From: Yaniella sp. | GTDB taxonomy: Bacteria; Actinomycetota; Actinomycetes; Actinomycetales; Micrococcaceae | Length of the DNA: 64,000 nt | Reading direction: 5' to 3' | Assembly (NCBI RefSeq): GCF_030453185.1 | Contig: NZ_JAKDKW010000003.1 | Span: 4,375-68,374 of the forward strand | Part shown: positions 1 to 8,904 of the stretch, piece by piece | Layout of the letters: each line of letters begins with the position of its first letter | How positions within the stretch are numbered: the stretch's first letter is position 1 | Position numbers and translations under genes: made by a program | The notes under the pieces: model-generated | What the model saw: the letters and a program-made list of their open reading frames with translations, nothing else | What the model was told of the DNA's origin: nothing | Databases searched by the model: none

Positions 1-843
1 ATGGGCTGGCATATCTTTGGGGTCCTGAGACAAGGAGATCATGTACCGACAGCCGAAGGTATTCTCATTATTCTCATCCTGGGGTTCGCAGCTATCGGTC
101 TGGTGTTGTCTATATCGTTGATGACTCGTCAGCGTCGCAAGATTGATCAGGCCCACGCAGAAGTAGAAGCCGTGGAACATGACCGCGATGTGATCTCTTC
201 GGAAATGACCCGCCAAACAGAACGAGAGTACCTGGCACGCGAGGTGCACGACACTCTGGCCCAGCGATTGACCGCCTTGTCATTACAAACCGGACAAATG
301 CAAAAGTCGCTGACGGTCACTGATCAAGGTGAACTCGCCGCCGCCCTGCAAGAAACCAAGCACTATTCGGACCAAGCGCTCCGGGACCTTCGGACTCTGG
401 TCTCATCGCTGCGCGATCAAGGGGAGCAAGAGCCCCTCGTACCATCAGTTGCACCTGCTGGTTTCCAAGACCTCCGAACACTCCTGGACGACGCCGCACA
501 ACAAGGGCTCACGATCCACCCGCAGGTACTCTTGGACAGCTACGATTCGGCACCCGACGAACTGCAGCGCGCGGTCTTACGCATCAGCCAAGAAGCGCTG
601 ACCAACGTGATGCGTCATAGCGCAGACAAAACGGTGCATGTTCGCATCGACGGACAACCAGGCCACGGCGTCTCTTTAGAATTTACAAACCGCACTAACT
701 CCACCCAGCACTTCGATCGCGGAACCGGGACGGGACTGCTGGGTATCACCGAGCGTGCCCAACTCCTGGGAGGAACAGCGCAAGAAGCGTTGCTGGAAGA
801 ACACTTCCGACTGACCGTTAAACTCCCATGGACTGTGGAATAA
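1..843 (+). CDS. two-component sensor histidine kinase, HisKA_3 (NarX/DesK/LiaS-like) type; possibly 5'-truncated by the window edge
   Basis: ORF 1..843. It has one TM helix (ILIILILGFAAIGLVLSISL), the H-box REVHDTLAQRLTAL and HATPase G-boxes (DRGTGTGLLGITERAQLLGG). A NarL-type response regulator follows 41 nt downstream. Confidence 0.85.
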   Translation: MGWHIFGVLRQGDHVPTAEGILIILILGFAAIGLVLSISLMTRQRRKIDQAHAEVEAVEHDRDVISSEMTRQTEREYLAREVHDTLAQRLTALSLQTGQMQKSLTVTDQGELAAALQETKHYSDQALRDLRTLVSSLRDQGEQEPLVPSVAPAGFQDLRTLLDDAAQQGLTIHPQVLLDSYDSAPDELQRAVLRISQEALTNVMRHSADKTVHVRIDGQPGHGVSLEFTNRTNSTQHFDRGTGTGLLGITERAQLLGGTAQEALLEEHFRLTVKLPWTVE

Positions 844-884
844 CCAACCCGGTCTTAAACGTGTCCCACCCTCGGTGCTAGGCT

Positions 885-1562
885 TTGCATGTGCTTACGA
901 GGGTATTGATAGTAGACGACGAGACGATGACGCTGCGCAATCTCGTGGCAATCGTTGAAGATGAGGCATCGTTGGAAGTCGTTGCAACCGCCCAAAACGG
1001 TGTGGATGCTCTCCAACAGACCCGTGACACTCGACCCGACGTCGTTGTGATGGATTTATATCTGCCCGGTGAGTTTGACGGGGTTGAGGCCATCCGGCGC
1101 ATTCACACCCTATTGAACCCTCCCAGGGTTATTGCTACAACGAGCTTTGACCTGGAATCCTATACGCGCGGGGCTCTTGAAGCTGGTGCCGTGGGATTCA
1201 TTTTGAAAAATGATGCCGAGACCTATCTGACCCGCGCAATCCAAGCCGCTGCGGAGGGGGACCCGATAGTCTCTCCACAGACGACCAGCCGTCTGATAAA
1301 AAGCTTCCTGAAACCGACAACTGCACCTGAGATTGCTCAAGCACGTGAACGGATCGGCAGCTTGACTCCGCGAGAACTGCAGGTGGCCCATATGATCGGG
1401 CATGGAAAATCGTATAAGCAGATTGCAACTGAACTCCATATTGCAGCCGATACGGTTAAATCGACAGTGACTCGAGCGTTGCAGAAATCCGGTGCTGACA
1501 ACGGCGCTCAATTAGCATTCTTTGTGGGGCAAGCGCGATTGGATATCGAAGGCGCTGTGTAG
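885..1562 (+). CDS. response regulator, NarL/LuxR family (REC + HTH_LuxR)
   Basis: Receiver motifs are present (VLIVDDE, VVVMDLYLPG). The C-terminal LuxR HTH reads LTPRELQVAHMIGHGKSYKQIATELHIAADTVKSTV. It lies directly after the kinase. Confidence 0.9.
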   Translation: MHVLTRVLIVDDETMTLRNLVAIVEDEASLEVVATAQNGVDALQQTRDTRPDVVVMDLYLPGEFDGVEAIRRIHTLLNPPRVIATTSFDLESYTRGALEAGAVGFILKNDAETYLTRAIQAAAEGDPIVSPQTTSRLIKSFLKPTTAPEIAQARERIGSLTPRELQVAHMIGHGKSYKQIATELHIAADTVKSTVTRALQKSGADNGAQLAFFVGQARLDIEGAV

Positions 1563-1596
1563 ATCCGCTTGGTCATATCTGTCGCACACTGTCGAT

Positions 1597-1626
1597 TTGC
1601 AATTCAGTGTTTGTGCTCTGTAAAGT
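1597..1626 (+). promoter_or_regulatory. candidate sigma-70/SigA-type promoter for rplJ-rplL (TTGCAA-N18-TAAAGT)
   Basis: The -35 TTGCAA is at 1597-1602 and the -10 TAAAGT at 1621-1626, about 200 nt upstream of the rplJ start. This is a motif match only. Confidence 0.35.
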
Positions 1627-1763
1627 AAAGCCTACCGAAGACCGCCGGTTGTATTCATCTGTGCAAAATGGATGAAACTGTAAAAGCTCATCATATGAGC
1701 GGCCCGCGCAGGTGAACATGAGAGCATAGACCAATTGCGTTTTCTACGCAGTCAAGAATCTTT

Positions 1764-1799
1764 GCGCCCTGTGCACCTGCACGGGGCGTTTTTGTGTTT
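1764..1799 (+). promoter_or_regulatory. intrinsic-terminator-like attenuator inside the rplJ 5' leader
   Basis: GCGCCCTGTGCA (1764-1775) pairs with TGCACGGGGCG (1778-1788) and is followed by TTTTTGTGTTT. It sits about 35 nt before the rplJ SD (AGGAAGGAG, 1821-1829). Confidence 0.5.
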
Positions 1800-1833
1800 G
1801 AGCGGCCGGCATATCCACGAAGGAAGGAGTGCC

Positions 1834-2355
1834 ATGGCGAATGCTGAAAAAACTGCAGCCGTGGAAGAGCTGACGGAACTGTTCCGCAACTCATCCTCAG
1901 CTGTAGTCACAGAATACCGTGGTCTCACCGTAGATGAGATCACGACCTTGCGTCGCGATCTGGGTGAGAACGCTACTTACGCCGTGGCGAAGAACACGCT
2001 GACTGCCATTGCGGCAGAAAAGGCCGGAGTTACTGCTCTCGAGGGCAAGCTCACTGGTCCTACCGCAATCGCTTTCGTCTCGGGTGAAACCGTTGACGTC
2101 GCAAAGGTAGTGCGTGATTTCGCCAAAGGCCACGACAAGTTGGTCATCAAGGGCGGCTACATGGATGGCCAGCCACTTGAAGAAGCTGACGTTATTCAGC
2201 TGGCTGACCTCGAGTCACGTGAGGTCCTGCTATCTAAGATGGCTGGTGCAATGAAGGGCTCCCTGTCCAAGGCTGCCGCTACGTTCCAGGCCCCACTCGA
2301 AAAGGCTGTTCGTCTCGCAGAAGCGCTGCGCGAGAAGCAAGACGAAGCTGCCTAA
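1834..2355 (+). CDS. rplJ: 50S ribosomal protein L10
   Basis: [35 protein letters not shown]... is a typical L10 sequence. The start is the internal ATG at 1834, preceded by a strong SD. The upstream part of the 1735 ORF is leader, not coding. Confidence 0.95.
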   Translation: MANAEKTAAVEELTELFRNSSSAVVTEYRGLTVDEITTLRRDLGENATYAVAKNTLTAIAAEKAGVTALEGKLTGPTAIAFVSGETVDVAKVVRDFAKGHDKLVIKGGYMDGQPLEEADVIQLADLESREVLLSKMAGAMKGSLSKAAATFQAPLEKAVRLAEALREKQDEAA

Positions 2356-2413
2356 TTCATGGCACCACGCGTGCCGCCTCAACTCAACACACGACTTTTA
2401 AGGAGCCAATACC

Positions 2414-2800
2414 ATGGCAAAAATGTCAACTGAAGAACTGTTGGATCAGTTCAAGGAACTGTCCCTGCTCGAACTGTCCGAATTCATCAAGGCTTTCGAA
2501 GAAGAATTCGACGTAACCGCTGCAGCTCCAGTTGCAGTTGCTGCAGGCGCCCCAGCCGGTGGCGACGACGCAGCTGCTGAAGAAGAGCAGACCGAATTTG
2601 ACGTTGTCCTCGAATCCCCTGGCGATGCCAAGATCGGTGTCATCAAGGAAGTACGCGCTCTGACCTCCCTGGGTCTGAAAGACGCAAAAGACCTGGTTGA
2701 CGCTGCACCAAAGGCTGTTCTGGAAGGCGTTGACAAGGCTGCCGCAGACGCTGCCAAGGAAACTCTGGAAGGCGCAGGCGCTACCGTAACCCTGAAGTAA
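2414..2800 (+). CDS. rplL: 50S ribosomal protein L7/L12
   Basis: 128 aa with an Ala/Glu-rich hinge and the C-terminal domain ...[28 protein letters not shown]...GATVTLK. Confidence 0.97.
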   Translation: MAKMSTEELLDQFKELSLLELSEFIKAFEEEFDVTAAAPVAVAAGAPAGGDDAAAEEEQTEFDVVLESPGDAKIGVIKEVRALTSLGLKDAKDLVDAAPKAVLEGVDKAAADAAKETLEGAGATVTLK

Positions 2801-2844
2801 ACTTCAGACCGCTACGGTCAGCATCAGCTCTGATCTGATTTCAA

Positions 2845-2886
2845 CTTCACCCTCGCTGTGTACATGCAGCGGGGGTGAAGTGTTTT
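2845..2886 (+). terminator. rho-independent terminator after rplL
   Basis: A 14-bp stem joins CTTCACCCTCGCTG and CAGCGGGGGTGAAG with one mismatch. The loop is TGTACATG and the hairpin is followed by TGTTTT. Confidence 0.7.
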
Positions 2887-3018
2887 AACACCGAAACATC
2901 TTGCTTGTCACCTATTAGTCGCCGATTATTCACCTGTAGAGAGTCCGCACCTTGAGCGCAGGTAACATCAGCGGCGTACAAACACAGATAGCAGCTGACT
3001 TCTAGGCGAGGAACGGTT

Positions 3019-3546
3019 ATGAAATGGGCCTTTGTCCGTCACGGACGCACCGAGTGGAACAAGAAGCGACTCCTTCAAGGTCGTACGGATAACCCGCTGA
3101 GTGCCGAAGGCTATTTCGAATCCACCAAAGCCGCACAAACTCTGCAACGGATGGGACACTGGCATGCAATTTACTCCTCACCACTCACGCGCTCTGTTCA
3201 GACAGTTCAACGCGCTGCAGAAATCCTGGGCATCGCCCGTGTGCACGTCGTCGATAATCTGATAGAACGTGATTTCGGGCCAGCCGAGGGCGTCCATCTT
3301 GGTGATTTCGACGAAGAAACACTCACCGAACTTATGTGTGCCGAGGAATCTGACGAAGAAGTCCAACACCGCGCACTCCATGCCTTTCGACACATTGCCG
3401 AACGGCACCGCAGCCGTAACGTGATCCTTGTTGGCCACGGGGCGCTGTTCCGACTCGGACTCTCAGCAGCCCTGGGGTACGACCATCCACAAATTCTCAA
3501 TGGCGACATCTGTGAGTTTCCGGCTGAACTCTTCCAGGACCTTTAA
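3019..3546 (+). CDS. histidine phosphatase family protein (phosphoglycerate-mutase-like)
   Basis: The catalytic RHG motif is present near the N-terminus (FVRHGRTEWN). LTRSVQT and the distal His (ILVGHGALFR) are also present. 175 aa. Confidence 0.85.
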   Translation: MKWAFVRHGRTEWNKKRLLQGRTDNPLSAEGYFESTKAAQTLQRMGHWHAIYSSPLTRSVQTVQRAAEILGIARVHVVDNLIERDFGPAEGVHLGDFDEETLTELMCAEESDEEVQHRALHAFRHIAERHRSRNVILVGHGALFRLGLSAALGYDHPQILNGDICEFPAELFQDL

Positions 3547-3552
3547 CCTACG

Positions 3553-4443
3553 ATGACACACATGTCCCATCAGGTCACTCCGAAAACTCGCCGGTCATTC
3601 ATCGGACATCTCCGAGCTGCCATTGCACGATTATCTCCAACGGAACAACGCGTGGTCGAAGTGCTCTTGGCCGATACGAACCACATTGCCCAATCCAGTG
3701 CTATGGCGATCGCTCAAGCAGCCAATACATCCTCTGCGACTGTCGTGCGGACGACCCAAAAACTTGGTTACCCCGGTTATAACGCCCTGCGCAACGACGT
3801 CATCCGGTTCAGCATGCAAGAACCGCTGAGCGCCACGGACACCGGTGGCGCGCCGGTTGATGCCGCTCCGGATGTGATGGACCACGTGTTCTTGACGGCA
3901 GTTGAAGAGCTGCAGACCGCCTCGGATACATTGGACAGACAACAATTTGCTGATGCCGTAGAGGTCCTCGACGCTGCGCAGAAAATCGTATTTATTGGTT
4001 CGGGCGAATCTTCCATGCCGGCACAGGAAGCTGCGCTGCGCTTCATGATGTATGGCAGAGACGCGGTTGCGCCAACCGATGTGCTCCAACAACAGTTCGG
4101 CGCCCGATTGCTGACATCTCATGATGCGCTCGTCGCGGTGAGTTATAGCGGTGCCAATAAGCACACCCTCGAGGCGGTAGAGACGGCACGGATTTCACGG
4201 GTCCCAGTCATCGGTATTACCAGCACTGCGCGGTCTCCGCTGGCCGAACTGACAGATATGTTGTTGGTCATGGCATCACCAACGCCTGTTTCAGAGCCGC
4301 TCATCGGGCGTATCGCTCATTCACTTGTACTCAATGGTCTCAACCAGGCCGTCTTACGAAATCAGCAGCCGCAAGCTTTCGGGCCCTCGGACGCTTTAGC
4401 CGATGTCTTTGCCCGGACACTCACGGAACAGCAGGACAAGTAG
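3553..4443 (+). CDS. MurR/RpiR family transcriptional regulator (HTH_6 + SIS sugar-phosphate-binding domain)
   Basis: N-terminal HTH (LSPTEQRVVEVLLAD...IAQAANTSSATVVRTTQKLGYPGY) and a SIS core (KIVFIGSGESS...VAVSYSGANKHT). Confidence 0.88.
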   Translation: MTHMSHQVTPKTRRSFIGHLRAAIARLSPTEQRVVEVLLADTNHIAQSSAMAIAQAANTSSATVVRTTQKLGYPGYNALRNDVIRFSMQEPLSATDTGGAPVDAAPDVMDHVFLTAVEELQTASDTLDRQQFADAVEVLDAAQKIVFIGSGESSMPAQEAALRFMMYGRDAVAPTDVLQQQFGARLLTSHDALVAVSYSGANKHTLEAVETARISRVPVIGITSTARSPLAELTDMLLVMASPTPVSEPLIGRIAHSLVLNGLNQAVLRNQQPQAFGPSDALADVFARTLTEQQDK

Positions 4444-4587
4444 CAAGGATCACACTGTTCTGCACATAGTTATTTGAGACTTTACTCAAGATAGCTTCAG
4501 GTGACACATCGCGTTCACCTTGGTTCGTTGCAATAAGGACTGTAAGCAAATTACGGAACTTTAGAAATCTTGTAACGAGGTGAGGTT

Positions 4588-5301
4588 TTGGCGTCACAGC
4601 CAATCGCACAGTTGGTTCAGTTGCCGAATTTTCGAGCGCTGCCGAACCAGCGGGCGCCCCAACTATTCCGCTCCGGTGCGCTCTCTGAGCTGACACCGGC
4701 GGGACAGCAAGAACTGCAGCAACACGACATTGCCTGTGTCATCGATCTGCGAGAACCATATGAGATCGCCGAGGCATCAGATTTCATCGACCAGTACACG
4801 TACGTCAACGTACCGCTGTATCGAGGCCAAGTGCCGCTAGCCGCTGCGATCGATGACGTATATCGGCTGCTGCTGATGGAACGCGGAAATCGAATAGCTG
4901 CCGCTGTGCAAGCCATTATCCAGTATATGGACCGCCGGGTCGTTGTGCATTGCAAGGCTGGAAAGGATCGAACCGGGCTCGTCGTTGCGTTGATGATGGC
5001 AGCCGCCGGCGTACCCACCGAAGTGCTCGTGGCCGATTACACGCAATCGGCCGACAACCTTTCGCCTGCGTATCGCCGACAGGTGACCCACCAACTCGAG
5101 ACAGAACTCGCGGATAACCCGGAGGGTTTCAAAACCGCTATGCAGTTGCATATGGCTTCTCCGGGCGCAGCGCTACAACGGGCACTGGAACTCGTTGGCA
5201 CCAAGTTCGGCTCGGCCAAGCAATATCTCGCAGTACACGGTGTCTCGGCTGAACAACTGGCGCTGCTCGAAACCCATTTTGCTGTGGGGAGCAACGCTTA
5301 A
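4588..5301 (+). CDS. tyrosine-phosphatase-fold phosphatase (CX5R; Y_phosphatase3-like)
   Basis: The active-site loop VVHCKAGKDRTGLV is present. 237 aa with a TTG start. Its stop overlaps the next gene's ATG (TAATG at 5299-5303). Confidence 0.85.
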   Translation: MASQPIAQLVQLPNFRALPNQRAPQLFRSGALSELTPAGQQELQQHDIACVIDLREPYEIAEASDFIDQYTYVNVPLYRGQVPLAAAIDDVYRLLLMERGNRIAAAVQAIIQYMDRRVVVHCKAGKDRTGLVVALMMAAAGVPTEVLVADYTQSADNLSPAYRRQVTHQLETELADNPEGFKTAMQLHMASPGAALQRALELVGTKFGSAKQYLAVHGVSAEQLALLETHFAVGSNA

Positions 5302-6107
5302 TGGCCGCCGCTGACGCTCGATTCATTCACATTACTGATCTGCATCTGACCAGTAACGACCAACTCCTCTACGACCGCATTGATACGTGGCAGCGCCTAT
5401 GTACCGCGTTGTCAGCAGCCGGCCACTTCACCCCAGACGCCGTACTGGTCACGGGCGATCTCTACAACAGCGAGAGTCTTGCCACGTCAGATCTCACCGC
5501 CCTGATCGACAAAGCCAGCCAAGAGTTGGATTGCCCCGTACTAGTTCTACCGGGCAATCATGACAACCCGAACGCAGATATTTATGGAACAGACCAGGCC
5601 GTGGCTATCGGACCGGAACCCGGCGACCATGTGTACCGCATTGGCGATATGCGGGTGATGACGCTCAACACCCACGGCCAGGGCGCTCTGCAGGGGCATC
5701 TGACTGATACACAACTGGACTGGCTTGGCTCTGAACTGCAAACCGTAGCCCCGTCGGGCACTGTGTTGGCGATGCATCACCCACCGACACCGACAGCCCA
5801 TGACTTCCTCTCCACGGTGGGTCTTGCTGATCCGCGTCGTTTGGCAGCGGTCCTGACAGCGACAGATGTTCGGCTGATTGTCAGCGGGCATCTGCATTTC
5901 CCCACCGCATCAATGCTCGGAGCGATTCCGGTCTGGAGCGGACCGGCGCTGGCGTACCAGCAAAACGCCTACGCACCACGAGGCACGTTGCAGGGCATCG
6001 ACGCGCCCGGCATCAGCGTGATCGACTTCTTTGCTGATACGCACGCCATCGTTCCGGTACCACTCGACATTCCAACCGCACTGTTTAGTCGTCCACTACC
6101 CAACTAA
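5301..6107 (+). CDS. metallophosphoesterase (CpdA/GpdQ-like phosphodiesterase family)
   Basis: All calcineurin-like motifs are present: ITDLH, TGDLYN, LPGNHDN, AMHHPP, SGHLHF. Confidence 0.88.
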   Translation: MAAADARFIHITDLHLTSNDQLLYDRIDTWQRLCTALSAAGHFTPDAVLVTGDLYNSESLATSDLTALIDKASQELDCPVLVLPGNHDNPNADIYGTDQAVAIGPEPGDHVYRIGDMRVMTLNTHGQGALQGHLTDTQLDWLGSELQTVAPSGTVLAMHHPPTPTAHDFLSTVGLADPRRLAAVLTATDVRLIVSGHLHFPTASMLGAIPVWSGPALAYQQNAYAPRGTLQGIDAPGISVIDFFADTHAIVPVPLDIPTALFSRPLPN

Positions 6108-6143
6108 CCCGATCTCACACCACACAGTTATCAGGAGAACACG

Positions 6144-7172
6144 ATGAAACGTTTCACCAAAGCAGCACTGCCATTTGCACTCGTGGCCGCACTGGCGCTA
6201 GCCGGTTGCTCGACCGACACTTCCGACACAGCCAAGGCCGAAGGTTCATCAGATGAACTGTCCGGCACGATCACGTTATACACATCCGAACCGCAAGAAA
6301 AAATCGACGAAATTATCGCAGACTTCACCAGCGAACATCCTGAGGTCACCGTTGAAACCTTCCGCGCTGGCACCGGTGAACTCACCGCCAGAATAGCCAC
6401 AGAACAAGAAACCGGCGAACTTCAGGCAGATGTGCTGCTGGCCGCGGATGTTCCAACGTTTGAAGCATATGTTGAAGACGACGTGCTGGCCCCACTTGAA
6501 GTCGACAACGCAGCAGAGCTCGAGGACACCTACGTCGATCCGGAAGGCTACTGGGTTGGAACACGTGTCATCCCAACCGTATTGGCCTACAACACCAACA
6601 TCATGGACACGCCTCCTGAGTCCTGGCAGGAGATGACCGATGAGGAATACGAGGGCCAAATCTCTATGCCAAACCCAGACGTATCTGGTGCGGCAGCATT
6701 CAACGCAGCCGTCTGGCTCGACGACGAGAAGCTGGGGGAGCCATGGCTTGAAGATCTCTTGGCCAATAACCCAACCATTCTGGAATCGAACGGTCCCGTA
6801 GGCCAAGCCGTTGCTGATGGCACCACTGGCGTTGGCGTCGTCGTGGATTACCTAGCCCGGGAACTGAACGAACAGGGATCACCAATCGATCTCGTCTATC
6901 CATCCGATGGCGCACCATACGTCTCGCAGCCGGCCGGCATTTTCTCCGATGCCGAAAACCCTGAAGTAGCCAACGCCTTCATCGATTACCTCATCTCAGA
7001 GGAAGGCCAAACGACTGCGGTCGAACAGTCCTACTTGCCCGTGCGATCTGACGTTGGCGTACCAGAAGGTGCCCCATCCATGGACGAACTAGAACTCCTT
7101 GACCCAGACCTGGACCACATTGCTGACATCCAGTCCGAATCAGTTGATCACTTCAACTCACTCTTGGACTAA
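6144..7172 (+). CDS. ABC transporter substrate-binding lipoprotein, FbpA/AfuA (iron(III)/sugar-phosphate) family
   Basis: Signal peptide with a lipobox (LALAGCS). Family-typical segments include TLYTSEPQEKIDEII and VYPSDGAPYVSQPAGI. It is followed by a matching permease and ATPase. Confidence 0.85.
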   Translation: MKRFTKAALPFALVAALALAGCSTDTSDTAKAEGSSDELSGTITLYTSEPQEKIDEIIADFTSEHPEVTVETFRAGTGELTARIATEQETGELQADVLLAADVPTFEAYVEDDVLAPLEVDNAAELEDTYVDPEGYWVGTRVIPTVLAYNTNIMDTPPESWQEMTDEEYEGQISMPNPDVSGAAAFNAAVWLDDEKLGEPWLEDLLANNPTILESNGPVGQAVADGTTGVGVVVDYLARELNEQGSPIDLVYPSDGAPYVSQPAGIFSDAENPEVANAFIDYLISEEGQTTAVEQSYLPVRSDVGVPEGAPSMDELELLDPDLDHIADIQSESVDHFNSLLD

Positions 7173-7178
7173 ATTCCT

Positions 7179-8903
7179 ATGATTGACACCAAACCCACAC
7201 CCGGTGAGGTTGCCTCCGAGACCTCGAACCCGGTGATCCCTGCCTCGGTAAGTCCCACCCCTACGCCACGCTGGCACCAGCGGATCAACGGTACAGATGG
7301 TCTCCGGCTCCTACGAGTTGCAGTGTTGTTGGGACTCGCCGGCGTCGTTGTTGTTCCAATTGTGGCGACCATAGTGATGGGGTCTCGAGCTGATTTCGCA
7401 GTACTGCTGACGGACCCTGCCGTCTATGATGCGACGCGCAACTCGCTGGTCTCTTCGGCGGTGTCGGCGCTCGCGGCCACCGCACTGGGTGTTGGGTTCG
7501 CGGTCGTGTTTGAACGCTTCCGTTTTTCGGGGCAGAACCTCCTGCGCTGGTTTCTCCTCATCCCATTCCTCATCCCACCGTTCATTGGGGCCATGTCCTG
7601 GATGGCCCTGCTGGGAGTCAACGGGCCAGCCAATCAGTTGCTCTCCCAGTTGGGCATAGACCACACGTTTTCGATTTTCGGCGGCACTGGCGTCATCTTC
7701 CTGTTGACCATCCACTCCTATCCGATTGCCTACCTGGTGATTTCCGCAGCCATTCGCCAGGTGCCCGGCAACTTAGAAGAAGCCGCTCGAATGTCGGGTG
7801 CGAGCAACTGGACCGTCTTGCGGACGGTCACCCTGCCACTCATTCGTCCGGGTATGACGGCGGCGTTCATGCTGACCTTCGTCTCGAGTCTTTCGGATTT
7901 TGGGATACCAGCGCTGATCGGATTGCCCGAGCGCTATACAACGTTGACGACGCTCGTGTACCGGCAATTATCCTCACCATCGTCGTCCAATCCACTGCCA
8001 GAAGTTTCGGCCATCTCCATGGTGTTGATGGCAGTAGCTTTGGTGGCCCTGTTGGCACAGCGCGGCCGCGCCCAATCAACCCAAATCATAGCTTCAGCAT
8101 CGACCAGACACTATCAAACCGGTGTGCTTGGTTTCGTTGCCATGGTCTTGACCTGGCTGTGGGTGATTGTGGTGTCCATCTTGCCGCTGCTTGCCCTGGC
8201 GAGTCAGGCCCTGTTGCCAGCACCCGGTGTTCCCTTGACCTTGGAGAACATTACCCTGGACAACATCATCACGGCGGTGACATCACCAACCGCGGTGACT
8301 GGTATACAGAATTCTGTCATGCTGGCAGCGGGCGCCGCTGTGATCACCGCGATACTCGGCCTGGGAGTGGCACTGTTGTTGGCTCGTTCCAACCATCCGG
8401 TCAATCCCAGTATCGATGTCGTCGCCAACCTGCCTCAAGCGCTCCCCGGCCTGGTGATAGCCGTCGGGTGGCTACTCGTTGCCCCGGCACTAGGAATTTT
8501 CAACACGCCGGTGGTCATTCTAGTGGCCTACGTGATGGCGTTCCTCGCATTGGTGGTGCAGCAACTCCGCGGTCCCTTGGCCAGCGTTTCAGCCACGCTC
8601 GAGGAAGCTGCGACCATTTCTGGTGCCTCACGTCTGCGGGCCATCATCGGGGTGACCGGCAGGATTGTCGCACCGGTAGTTGTCACCGGCGCTGTGATGG
8701 TCTTTTTGACTGCTGTGCGAGAACTGACGATCTCAATTTTGCTTGTGGCACCTGGCTCGCAAACCCTCGGGGTAGCGATCTTCAACTTACAACAGGCCGG
8801 GAACTACAACGCGGCGTCAGCATTGGCCCTGATTGTTGCCATCGTGGGGATAGCTGGATTGAGCATCACGGCCGCTGTGACTTCGAAACGACAAGGAAAG
8901 TAA
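7179..8903 (+). CDS. ABC transporter permease, duplicated BPD_transp_1 domains (FbpB/AfuB/ThiP-like)
   Basis: 574 aa with about 12 TM segments. There are two EAA-type loops (LEEAARMSGASNWTVLRTVTLPL and LEEAATISGASRLRAIIGV). Confidence 0.9.
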   Translation: MIDTKPTPGEVASETSNPVIPASVSPTPTPRWHQRINGTDGLRLLRVAVLLGLAGVVVVPIVATIVMGSRADFAVLLTDPAVYDATRNSLVSSAVSALAATALGVGFAVVFERFRFSGQNLLRWFLLIPFLIPPFIGAMSWMALLGVNGPANQLLSQLGIDHTFSIFGGTGVIFLLTIHSYPIAYLVISAAIRQVPGNLEEAARMSGASNWTVLRTVTLPLIRPGMTAAFMLTFVSSLSDFGIPALIGLPERYTTLTTLVYRQLSSPSSSNPLPEVSAISMVLMAVALVALLAQRGRAQSTQIIASASTRHYQTGVLGFVAMVLTWLWVIVVSILPLLALASQALLPAPGVPLTLENITLDNIITAVTSPTAVTGIQNSVMLAAGAAVITAILGLGVALLLARSNHPVNPSIDVVANLPQALPGLVIAVGWLLVAPALGIFNTPVVILVAYVMAFLALVVQQLRGPLASVSATLEEAATISGASRLRAIIGVTGRIVAPVVVTGAVMVFLTAVRELTISILLVAPGSQTLGVAIFNLQQAGNYNAASALALIVAIVGIAGLSITAAVTSKRQGK

Positions 8904-8904
8904 T

